This document shows positions 25,821 through 37,700 of a stretch of 64,000 nucleotides of DNA, in pieces. The stretch covers positions 1 to 64,000 of the forward strand of contig JAUCBJ010006780.1 of NCBI GenBank assembly GCA_032718475.1, in the 5' to 3' direction. Each line of letters begins with the position of its first letter. Position 1 is the first letter of the stretch. Below the pieces are notes generated by a model. The model saw only the letters and a program-made list of their open reading frames with translations, was not told the DNA's origin and did no database searches. Source of the DNA: Nemertoderma westbladi (Eukaryota; Animalia; Xenacoelomorpha). Made by a program: the position numbers and the translations under genes.

Positions 25821-27939
25821 CAAGCTATACGTTTCTACACACAAGCACCAATCGGAGCTCGCGATACATCGAACAAAAGCTCTCGTCACGAGCACGTGCA
25901 CTGTCGCTATCTCGAGTCTTATTTTACGCGTTTGTTTGCGTGAATGCAGATTTCGTGAATTTGGTACCGGTAGCGCAGTAGGCCTAGCAGTTCATTCTGT
26001 CACTCTACACGTTGGGTCTCGACTATTATTCTACTTTATGATGCGCATCTACATGATGCAGACTGCCCCGAGCACATGGACGTGAAACGTCATTATATCG
26101 AGGCTAATTTTATGCATCATTTATGCGTGAATGCGTATTTGTGGTCAAATTGGGCTATTATTCCATAGGCCTAACCATTTTTCGGCCAAATTACAGGTCA
26201 ACCAGCAGGAAACTCTATAACAGTGGTTGTACCATCAGACTCAATCTGTTCTAAATGATACTTTGCAGATATGTTCCCGACCATAGACTGCGTGATTGGG
26301 AGGACACTGATCAATCTGCAGTTCTCCAGTCTGCCGCTAGGGGGCGAAATGTCAGAAACTGAAAACCTTCTCCAATTTCGTTATTATTAACGCCTTTTAG
26401 TTGATACGTGGCAGAGGTCTACTACACCATAGGCTGTGTGTTTTCGGAGGATGCTGACCAATCTGCAATTCCCCAGTCTGCTGCTAGGGGGAGAAATATC
26501 TGATAGTGAAAACCGTACCCATTTCGTTGTTTATAATGCTTTTTTGCTGATACTTGGCAGAGGTCTGCTACACCATAGACTGCGTGTGTGTGGAGAACTC
26601 TGAGCAATCTGCAATTCCTCTGTCTGCCGCTAGGAGGCGCAATGTCTGAAAGTGAAAACCTTCACCCATTTCGTTGTTTATAATGCTTTTTTGCTGATAC
26701 TTGGCAGAGGTCTACCACGCAAAGACTGCGTGTTTGGGGAGGAGCTAGAACCAGTCTGCATTTCTCCAGTCTGCCGCTAGGGGGCCAAATGTCTGAAAGT
26801 GAAAACCTTCACCCATTTCGTTGTTTATAATGCTTTTTTGCTGATACTTGGCAGAGGTCTACTACACAAAGACTGCGTGTTTGGGGTGGAGCTAGAACCA
26901 GTCTGCATTTCTCCAGTCTACCGCTAGGGGGCCCAATGTCTGAAAGTGAAAACCTTATCCCATTTCGTTATTAATATGCTTTTAGGCTGACACTTGGCAG
27001 ATGTGTATTACACCATAGGGTGTGTCTGGGGAGGACGCCGAACAAACTGCAGTTCTCCATTCGGCCGCTAGGGGGCGAAGTGTCTGAAAGTGAATACCCT
27101 CTCCCATTTCGATGTTTATAATGCTTTTAGGCTGATGCTTGGCAGAGGTCTACTACACCATAGGCTGCGTCTTTGTGGAGAACTTGACCAATCTGCAATT
27201 CCTCAGTCTGCCGCTAGAGGGTGAAATGTCTGAAATGAAAACCTTCTCCCATTTCGTTGTTTCTAATGCTTTTTTTTATACTTGGGAAAGGTATACTACA
27301 CCATAGGCTGTGTGTTTGGGGCGGATGCTAACCAGTCTGCAGTTCTCCAGTATACTGCTAGAGGGTGCGAAATGTCTGAAAAGTGAAAACATTCTCACAT
27401 TTATTTATTAAAAATGCTTTTAGGCTGATACTTGGCAGAGGTCTCTGTACTACATCATAAGCTGCGTCTTTGGGAAGGACGTTGACCAGTCTGCAGTTCT
27501 CCAGTCCGCCACTAGGGACGAATTGTCTGAAAGTGAAATCCTTCTCCCATTTAAATTCTTTAGAGTTTATTCTTGGCAGCGATCTAAAAGTACTGTACAG
27601 TACCTACTAAACTAAATAAACTATAGGTTGTGTTTACGAGGATGATAACCACCTGCAGTTCTACAGTTTAACCTTCTTCCATATTTTTACTATTTATAAT
27701 CCTTTGGAAATGATACTTGGCAGGTATTTATCTACTTTATACAACCTACTGTAAGCCTTATGTTGTACGTAGTATAGTAGATATTTGAAAAGTAAATCAG
27801 CTTCAGTCCTTTTGTTTGAGAGAACACTCAATCATGTGACGTTTTGTTAAGTTAAGTTAATTAATTAATCTAATGTTTGGAATGGTGAATAGGCTTGTGA
27901 ACTAGAAAGCCGTGGCCCGAAGGGCCACGGGCTTTCTAG
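25752..27939 (+). mobile_element. Non-autonomous Helitron A (shares both ends with autonomous element C)
   Basis: 5' A|TC, (TGTC)n near the 5' end, ~146-bp repeats, and a 3' hairpin ending CTAG|T. The 5' TC could be at 25752, 25756 or 25760. Confidence 0.9.
26310..27540 (+). promoter_or_regulatory. Array of CTCF-like sites (U motif plus core) in ~146-bp repeats of Helitron A
   Basis: TGCA(G/A)TTCY-N5-CTG-CCGCTAG(G/A)GGGCG, with cores near 26334, 26481, 26627, 26774, 26921, 27065 and 27211. Binding is inferred from motif similarity only. Confidence 0.6.
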
Positions 27940-30143
27940 TCTAATATATATAAATATCGATTGTCTGTCTGTGTGTTTGTCATCGGCTATACAATCGAAC
28001 CCATCTCGATGAAATCTCGCTTGCTATAGCTCGTTAGAAAGGTCTCGCCCTAACTCGTTGCAACGTAATACTCAGAGCCGTCTGAAGTTCGCCCGTCTGC
28101 CGCTAGAGGGCGATTTTCGTGATTTTCGGGCGAAATTTATCGAATTATTTCGGTTCTTCTATCGGTAATTAATTATTTAGAGGGCTAACATTTATCCCAC
28201 CTGGTATAAAATTAACATGGGTAGATTCGCCGTGTCCCATTCTCACAAAGTTTTTATTTTATTCGAGTGTTTAATATAAATATGTATGATTATTTATTGA
28301 TTAAAAACCAAATAGTGTATAAATATGTCATATTCGCCAAGCACGATCGAATTGGCCTATTGGTATTGAATAGGGAAGGATTGTTTTCTGTATCATAGCA
28401 ACGTTAAGGTAATTATTGAACTCGCAGCTAGCTGGCTGGGCACAGATAAGGAGCAAGCAGGCTGGAGTGTTGATTGGGGTGGGTTTGGGTTGTCTATTGC
28501 GAATTGCTCAGAGTAATTCTGCTTTCTCAATCATTGGCTGCATGGAAGGAGAGGTTTATAACATTTTTGTTTTACTGTTATGAATATTAAAAGTAAAATA
28601 ATTATTTCTGTAGGCCTATACTTACTGTATTATTATTTTATCTAATATTATACATCTAATCTCGATGAAATCTCGCTTACTATAGCTCGTTAGATAGGTC
28701 TCGCCCTAACTCGTTGCAACGTAATACTCAGAGCCGTCTGAAGTTCCCCTGTCTGCCGCTAGAGGGCGAATTGTCCGATAGTGAAAACCTGATCTCATTG
28801 GGTTGTTTTTAATGCTTTTGAGCTGAAACTTGGTAGCTATATACTGCAGCATAGGCTGTATATTTCCGGAGTCACTGAGTTGTCCACAGTTCCCCAGTCT
28901 ACCGTTAGAGGGCTAAATGTCTGAGAGTTAACATCTTCTCCAACTTTATTATTTACAATCCGTTTTGACTGAAACTTGGTAGGCATCTACTACAGCATAG
29001 GCTGAATCTTTACTGAGTCACAGAGTCGTTTACAATTTCCCAGTCTACCGCTAGAGGGCGAAATGTCTGCAAGTTAACATCTTCTCCAACTTTGTTATTT
29101 ATAATCCATTTAGACTGAACTTGGTAGGCATCTACTACAGCATAGGCTATATCTTTACTGAGTCGCGCAGAGTTGTCTACAGTACCCGCGTCTGCCGCTA
29201 GAGGGCGAAATGTATGAAAGTTAACATCTTCTCCAACTTTGTTATTTACAAACCTTTTAGACTGAAACTTGGTAGGCATCTACTATAGCATAGGCTATAT
29301 CTTTGCTGAGTAGTAGAGTCGTCTACAGTTCCACAGTCAGCCGCAAGAGGGCGAATTGTCTGATAGTGAAAACCTCATCCCATTTGGTTCTTTTTAATCC
29401 TTTTGAGCTGAAACTTGGCAGGTATCTACTACATCCTAGGCTCTATCTTTACGGAGTTGCAGAGTCCTATACACTTCCCCAGTCTACCGCTAGAGGGTGA
29501 AATGTCTGAAAGTTACCATCTTCTCCAACTTTGTTATTTACCAACGGTTTAGACTGAAACTTGGTAGGCATCTACTACAGCATAGGCTCTACCTTTACGG
29601 AGTCGCAGAGTTGTATACAGTTCCCCTATCTGCCGCTAGAGGGCGAATTGTCTGATAGTGAACACCTCATCCCAATTGGTTCTCTTTAATCCCTTTGAGC
29701 TGAAACTTGGCAGGAATCTACTACAGCATATTCTGTATCTTTACGGAGTCCCAGAGTCGTCTACAGTTCTTCAGTCTACCGCTAGAAGTCTGAATGTGAA
29801 CATCTACACCAATTTTGTTATTTACAATCTGTTTAAGCTGAAACTTGAAAGGCAGGCATTTTACTTCACCATAAACCCCATCTTTACCAAACTGCAGCGC
29901 CGTCTGCATTTCACCAGTCCGCAGGTAGAGTAGAGGGTGGATCTGAAAGTGATCATTTTCTGGAAATTTTGTTATTTACAATCTGACTAAAGTTGAAACT
30001 TGACAGTTATCTCTTATGGGGGTGGTGTTTTATTTAATGATGGTGTCTGTTCCGTATGCAGTTCTCCAATCTCCCACACATATTCATATATCATCTGCAC
30101 GTGCACTAGAAAGCTGTGGCCCGAAGGGCCACAGGCTTTCTAG
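27940..30143 (+). mobile_element. Non-autonomous Helitron B
   Basis: TC start directly after the CTAG of A, a 146-bp repeat array at ~28730-29960, and a 3' hairpin plus CTAG at 30140-30143. Confidence 0.9.
28735..29800 (+). promoter_or_regulatory. Array of CTCF-like sites at 146-bp spacing in Helitron B (repeated in B' and B'')
   Basis: CCGCTAGAGGGCG-type cores at 28756, 28902, 29048, 29195, 29341, 29487, 29633 and 29779. Confidence 0.6.
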
Positions 30144-32637
30144 TCTATATATATAAATATCATGTGTTTGTCTGTCTGTCTGTCTGTCCAAGCTATACGT
30201 TTCTACACACAAGCACCAATCGGAGCTCGCGATACATCGAACGAAAGCTCTCGTCACGAGCACGTGCACTGTCGCTATCTCGAGTCTTACTTTACGCGTT
30301 TGTTTGCGTGAATGCAGATTTCGTGAATTTGGTACCGGTAGCGCAGTAGGCCTAGCAGTTCATTCTGTCACTCTACACGTTGGGTCCGACTATTATGTTA
30401 CTTTTTGATGCGCATCTACGTGATGCAGACTGCCCCGAGCATATGGACGCGAAACGTCGTTATATCGAGGCTAATTTTATGTACAGTATCATTTATGCGT
30501 GAATGCGTATTATTGTGGTCAAATTGGGCTATTCCATAACCATTTTCGGCCAAATTACTGATCAACTTCTATAACAGCGGTTACACCATCAGTCTCAATC
30601 ATGTTGTAAATGATACTTTGCAGGATATGTTCCTGACCATAGACTGTGTGTTTGGGAGGATACTGATCAATCTGCAGATCTCCTGTCTGCCGCTAGGGGG
30701 CGAAATGTCCGAAACTGAAAACCTTTACCCATTTCGTTATTATTAAGGCCATTTAATTGATACGTGGCAGAGGTATACTACATCATAGGCTGTGTGTTTG
30801 CGGAGGATGCTGACCAATCTGCAATTCCCCAGTCCGCCGCTAGGGGGAGAGATATCCGAAAGTGAAAACCTTATCCCATGTCGTTGTTTCTAATGCTTTT
30901 TTGCTGATACTTGGCAGAGATCTACTTCACCATAGACTGCGTGTTTGTGGAGAACTCTGGCCAATCTGCAATTCCTCTGTCTGCCGCTAGGGGGCGCAAT
31001 GTCTGAAAGTGAAAACCTTCACCCATTTCGTTGTTTGCAATGCTTTTAGGCTGACACATGGCAGATGTGTATTACACCATATGGTGTGTGTCTGCGGGGA
31101 AGACGTCGAACAGCCTGCAATTCTCTATTCGGCCGCTAGGGGGCGAAATGTCTGAAAGCGAAAAACTACTCCCATTTCGATGTTTATAATGCTTTTAGGC
31201 TGATACTTGGCAGAGATCTACTACACCATAGACTGTGTGTTTGTGGAGAACTCTGACAAATCTGCGATTCTTCAGTCCGCCGCTAGAGGGCGAAATGTCT
31301 GAAAGTGAAAACCTTCTCCCATTTCTCCCGTAATTTGTATCTTCCATTCCAGTCATTTAGCGGTAGGGCCAGACTTACTGCCTCTTTAACAACTACGCGT
31401 AGGTGTTTTAAAAATACGCGTAGGTATTTTGGAACTACGCATTGCACTTCGCGTAGTTGCTACGCATAGCACTTCGTGTAGGTGCTACGCAGAGCTGCGC
31501 GTAGCAGTCCTGATAACAAAGATTTTTCAGTTCAGGTCCGCGGTAGCCGGTAGGGCTTGAGTTGTTAGGCAAGTATCGCTATATGGCAGGTATCTGATTA
31601 TTATCAGACAAACGGAAGAGCGAAATCGGAAGCTTATCTATCTACTGTAGATACATTCTATGGTAATAAATAATATTCGGTTCTTTCACATACAAACACC
31701 GGAATGAAAAAAATTGCATAATTTAAATATTCTACAGTAATATAAGCTGTCAGTCTACCGCTGAAGTGGTTAGTGGTTAAGCGAAAGCTGATAATACTGT
31801 ATATAATGCAATTGTTTCGTAAAATCAACAAGTACAACCAATCATGGTAGACAATTAGTCCCCCCCCCCCCCCTTGTCTACGTTAGCACATTAAATATAT
31901 CCTTGTCCTCTCGTGGACAAAGGAAATAAATGGCAATGGAGAATCGATAAATACCGCATCGTCCTAATTCCTTGTAAACTGTTTTTGAACTCTAAACATT
32001 ATAACAAAATATTGCGCGCGCTACAAATGAAGTGAAGAATATGTAGTACCACCACTACATGAGTATAGAGACATTTGTTGACAGCATTTGAAGGGTGTAT
32101 ACACTGTACATGTGGTCTCCAATTGAACATACAATATTGTCTTATTTTAGTATTGTATTGCTTAGAATGTAGGCCTACTAATTACAAACGTCTTATAGGC
32201 ATGGTTATGCGTAGCACCTACGCGTAGTTGTAGTTATGTGTAGCAACTACGCGTAGTTATTGTTAAAAATCTGACTGGCACTTGCAAGTGGTACAGTGCT
32301 GCAGTGGTACTCTACTGCAGTACAGCCAGACAGCAGTACTGCAGTCTGTATTACAGTATTAGGCAGTTCAGTCCGGCAGTACAGCTGACAGCAGTAGGTA
32401 CTGCAGTACTGGTCAGCCGGTCACCGGTAGGCTGGTACCTACTGTGGTAGGACTGGTTGTTCTACACTACAATGAACTGAGGTCAGGAAGAGGTACCGAT
32501 ACCAGTACGGCATACACTGATACAGCAGTACCGACGTACGGTCCAGTGCAGCAGTGGTCAGACGCCCCGCAGCGCCACAGGCTGACAGGCCTCAAATAGT
32601 CTGACACTCGGCCTAATTAAATTCAGTAGGCCCTACT

Positions 32638-34546
32638 CAGTCGGTGAGAAGTCAAAAATTGGACTTGAGTCCAAAATTGGACTTCGACTCCAGTTCAAGT
32701 CCAAAATTGGACTTCTGTGAGTCCAATATTGGACTTCAAATCAGCCAATTGTTCCAGGGCCTTGGGTAATAGGATCGGGCGGGATTTTTTTTCTTTAATC
32801 GAAAATATATCAAAAAATAAGAGTTTTGAACAGGGGGACCTGAAATTCACCAGGGGGAACTTTTTTTATAAGGCTTTGAATTTTTACAAAAGTCCAATAT
32901 TGGACTTTAAGTCCAATTTTGGACGTGACATTGAGAATCGAACTTAAAGGTACATGAAGCATGACAGATGAGAGACAGCCAGACAGCTGTTAAGTTATGG
33001 AAAGTTACCTTTGCAGCTCTGTATGTATCTTCAGTGTACTGACTGTACTGTACTTAGAATATAATGGTACATTCTAGCATTCTAGGTACTTTGTACTTCA
33101 GTTACTTTTAGAATATTGTTTAGTTCACAATTTACATTCATGTTATGTCTAACCTTACAGCCTTATGTACCCAGGACTTTATAGTGTCTTTAGGACTAGA
33201 TTAGATTATGCTCCAACAAATATTTAATTACAAATTATATTTCGTGGATACTGATAGCAATGCCAGGTTAGCCAACTGCAGCTGCTGCTAAGGCTAACTA
33301 CAGTACAAGCTACGATTTCGTATAAGGCTATGGAAGCCCTATCAGAAAGAAATACTACAAGTTGATGCTACCACCATCACTTCTAATTTTTCCATACAAC
33401 AGGAGGGGTATTATAAAACAGCTGGATAACAGGATAATGAAATGGGATTAGTAACTGATTAACGCGTTGGGGTCTCCACATAATAAGTACAGAAGTAACA
33501 AGTAACACACGTCATAATCATAAACCAATTGAGGGAAAGGAATAGGTTACAGAGGCAGGCTTTTCTAACTAAAACAATAAACGGCCACTTTTGACTTAAC
33601 CAATTGAAGGAGCCCTATAACCTCACCACATACTACTACTACAATCGGCATGATTCATTGCAGCTGCATTATATATATAGCAGTATAGGCCTATGTATTA
33701 AGAATGCTGTGGCGGCTTGTTCTGTTGTTGACAAAAGTGCGCCTCCACAACTCCCTTACACTCTTACAGCCTTACAGCTGACAGCCTTATCACACATGAC
33801 ATTTGCTAGATCATCCGCATCTTCAAGGCCGTGTCCTTTAAGACAGATGTGTCTCAAGAATGGGCTGTCCACCATGCTTATTCACTCCATGAGGTGCACT
33901 GGCTGGTCCTCACGGCTTAAAGCGATGTCCTGCAAAGTGGAGGCGGCTTTGTTCTAGTGTCAAGCTTGGGGGAACCAATGACTGAATGAGACAGACACCT
34001 CCAACTCCAAAGTTATATAGTGTCTGGTTGGAGATGCAGAGATGTGTGCATTGTACTTGACACAGTGAACCTAATCAAAACAATTAGTCAATAAACATTA
34101 ACTCAATAACATAATAGGTTACAGTTTACAGTAGTCTTATTTTTGCCATACGAAAATACCACAGGTATGGCAGTATGGGTATGAATGAACTATACAACTA
34201 TAGCTCAACTACGCTACCGCGGTATACACCGCTAAGGCAGTAAGGCTACCGCAAAGCTATACCACTACCGCAAAAAGTAACTACTAATGTCTGACTGTAC
34301 GTGTGCGATCCCTGCTTATAATAATTATAATAATTAATTTGATCATTAAAATAATGTTGCATTGCAATTATGTAATATATATGTACTGATACGGGATGCA
34401 GTTTTGATTTAAATACCGATATACAGTATGGCAGCTTGGGTACACTTGGAGTTGTACTAAAGTCCAATATTGGACTTTGGAGTCCAAAATTGGACTTGAA
34501 GTCTAAAATTGGACTTGAAGTCCAATTTTTGACTTCTCACCGACTG
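32638..34546. mobile_element. Non-autonomous TIR element with CAG...CTG ends and a 5-bp TSD, nested just upstream of RepHel
   Basis: TIRs CAGTCGGTGAGAAGTCAAAAATTGGACTT / AAGTCCAATTTTTGACTTCTCACCGACTG, CTACT on both flanks, and subterminal GTCCAA(A/T)ATTGGAC palindromes. Confidence 0.85.
33630..34072 (-). mobile_element. Decayed 3' fragment of the same RTE LINE family as 13047-13653
   Basis: The reverse complement aligns by eye to 13289-13650 and has a (GTA)n tail. Confidence 0.85.
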
Positions 34547-34765
34547 CTACTGCATACTGTACACGTGCCCTAGGCTGCTAGCACTACTGCACTACCGGTA
34601 CTGCTGTACTGCAGTAGCCTAACACTGTAACAGCTTAATTCAAGAATTCTGAATTACCGGTCTGCCGGTAGCTACCGTCTGACTGTTAAATTAAATTTTT
34701 CAATTTTACGTCAGTCTCTCAGCTGCTCAGAGTCTCAGTACAGCAGTACGTTACGCTATGCCAGT

Positions 34766-37700
34766 ATGCCGCCAAAGAAGAGACCACGGTTGACTGCACG
34801 CAGAAAGGGGAGATCAGCAGACGCTAAAAGAAAAGCTGCTGAACGAGCTTCAGAGAGTGAGAGTGGTCTGGAACAAAGACGTTCACTTGATCGCCAGCGA
34901 ACTTCTGCGAGGATGGACAGTGAGTCGCCTGAAGATCGTCGGGCTCGGTTGGCCCAAGACCGCCAACATACCGCGGCTGTGAGAACAGAGCAGTCGCCTG
35001 AAGATCGACGGGCGCGGTTGTCACAAGATAGCCAACATACCGCGGCTGTGAGAACAGAGCAGTCGCCTGAAGATCGACGGGCGCGGTTGGCACAAGATCG
35101 CCAACATACCGCGGCTGTGAGAACCGAGCAGTCGCCTGAAGCTCGGCGGGCTCGGTTGGCCCAAGTCCGCCAACATACCGCGGATGTGAGGATCATTCAG
35201 AGGCTGTTACCTCAAAGTAAATTCGTGGCAAGAAAAGTCAGTGGTATTTTTGCAGGAAATGTGCTTGTGTCCTACAATATCCATGACACACTCATCAAAC
35301 TGGACGGCTCGCCCAACCTAGACTTTACTTGCAAGACTTGTGGCGCTGTTCGATTTAAAGGTGAAAAGAATCGCGTAGCCATTTGCTGCGCAGGTAAGCC
35401 GACACCGGTTTTATCAGATATTTTCGCCGACTATCCTGTTAGTTTGCAGTCCCTGTGGGTGGGTCAGGATGAACGGTCGTTGATTTTCAGGGACAGATCC
35501 CGGGCTCTGAATAACGGATTATCAATGGCCTCTTTGAAAGTAAAGACGCCCCGTCCTCCGGGTTAGTAAGTACATGTCTGCATATTATTTATTAGGCCTA
35601 AATTAATTACCTGTAATTAAATTACAATTAATACCAATACCGGTAGGCCTACTCTAATAAGCCTATGCTTTTATACTAGGGCTCGATCGGAGCTCCGGCT
35701 CCGGCCCTCCTCAAGTTTTAACATGCATTCTTCAACCTATAGGCTAGTAGCCAACTTGAAACTAAAGTGTATCTATTCAATACCGGTGTATAGTTATTTG
35801 CATTTCCGCTTCGCACAGCACGAAATAACATGTGGTTCTGGTTATGGAGTTTTCGTCAAAATGTCAATTTTCAAATGTGCGTTATTTCCTCAATTTTCGT
35901 TAACATTTATTTTCATTTCACTATACTGTTATAATTTTCTCTGACAAACCGTTCTGACAAAAATTAGTAACAGGCGAATGGTGTTTAGTTTATATAGTGG
36001 TCTGAGGTCTGTTTGTTAGCCTGATTTTGGAGGTGAAGGTTTATGATTTTCGAGTTAGTTTGTCTGCCAGAATCTTATTTGTGGCCAAATGTCATAAAAC
36101 TCAGTGAGTTTTCATCCATATATGATTGGGGATTTTGGGAATATATATTCGGAATATAAAAGTTTTTTTTTCAATTTCACTTTCCCATTATTTATTTATT
36201 TATTATTCATACATTGTTAAAAAAATGCATCAGTTCTAAATATGTAGTGCAAGTATTGGAATTCTGTTTTTATACAACAACTGCGCACATCTATTAGGCC
36301 TATAAAGGTATAGAGTATCTGATGTATGTGTAAGTGTACATTATATATAAACCTGTATAAGGTTTATATGTCAGTATGTAGAGGGATGTTACATATATAT
36401 TACAGATTAAAGCTATTGCTATTATGTATACATTATAAATTGTCGGTGCAACTCTGATCTTTAACTAACTTTACTCGAGTCGTTGGCCTGTACAAATCTG
36501 TAAATAATTTATGGGATATTGGATTTAATCAATTTAATTTTTATATTTTAGTAATTAATTTTGTTTTAGGTGGAAACTATTCGCCTTCGGTTATCATCCA
36601 AGGGAAGGTAGCCGTTCTGATGGGGCCACTTCGCGCTGATGACGGCAGCCAACCTGCCTTCTCACAGCTTTACGTCCTGGATCCGGACCTTGCGGATAAG
36701 GAAACCGAGCTGCGGTGGAAGAACATGGTTCTTCCGGGATCCGTTTCGTCGAGGGAGAAGGAGGTTTTAATGGGACTCCTGGAACTATTACAGGACGTAC
36801 TCAAGAACTGCAATCCTTATCTAAAGGATTTTAAGAGTGCCATGGAGGTTGTGGACCAAGATGAGTCGACGTCTCTACAGCTGCACATAGACGGCAGTCG
36901 TCGGCCCGAGGGGGAGCACGAGAGAAGGTTTAACGCTCCTCAGGGATTGAAGGAAATATCCAGTAAGTTGATTCGTATTTCTCGGGGAATATTTAAATGC
37001 AGGTATATTACTTAACACACTATGATGTAACTGCTTCGTGAGGTATTAAGTTTCATGCGGTGTTAATTAATTAATTAATTTAATTATATTAATGACATAT
37101 GGCAATATGGGAACGAGATTTGCTTAATATATCCGGCGGATATATTATTCGCCCGGGTTAGGGATGTGAGTCAAGAAATTAAAGAAATTTTCCAGAGAAA
37201 ATTTCTGGTAGGGGAAGGTGGGGGAATTAGAAACATGGGGTAATTAGAAGCAATGGCTACTACATGCATGCTTTTGTATGTATAGACTTGAAATTTTGAT
37301 GTTTATTGAGATAAATTATTGGTGATTATTTTTCCAATAGGAATATGGCGTTTATTTTCACTTCTTCATTGTCAAATAGCTGATTGTATAAAAGATGAAA
37401 AAAAAATCAAATTTTCGATTATTTTTTGCAACTTCACAAATGGATTGTGAGCGATGTCTTATTCCAATTATCTCAAGCAATAGCTTAATTTAACGCTTAT
37501 TATGTCATCTATTCAGTAGACAACCTAATTTAATGATAGCATAATTAAAAATTTGTTTGTTCAACATAATTTAAAAATGGTCAAATTTTAGTGCCATGGG
37601 GTAATTGGAAACATAAATTTTTTTAGCTGGTCCTGTTACTTTGGGGACCGTCCTTTTCAACAGTTTCTAATTGTCATACAGCTGCGCACCGGTACCTATC

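Noticed and set aside
29010-29933. Recurrent ORFs in Helitron B copies (MPTKFQ..., MKCLNVN...)
   Set aside because: They arise from the 146-bp repeat, whose length is not a multiple of 3, and the frames differ between copies.
26310-31320. CRISPR-like repeat-spacer reading of the 146-bp units
   Set aside because: The sequences between conserved motifs are homologous to one another, so these are diverged tandem repeats rather than acquired spacers.
33604-33957. 117-aa plus-strand ORF as a Helitron-captured gene
   Set aside because: It is the antisense of a decayed RTE LINE fragment.
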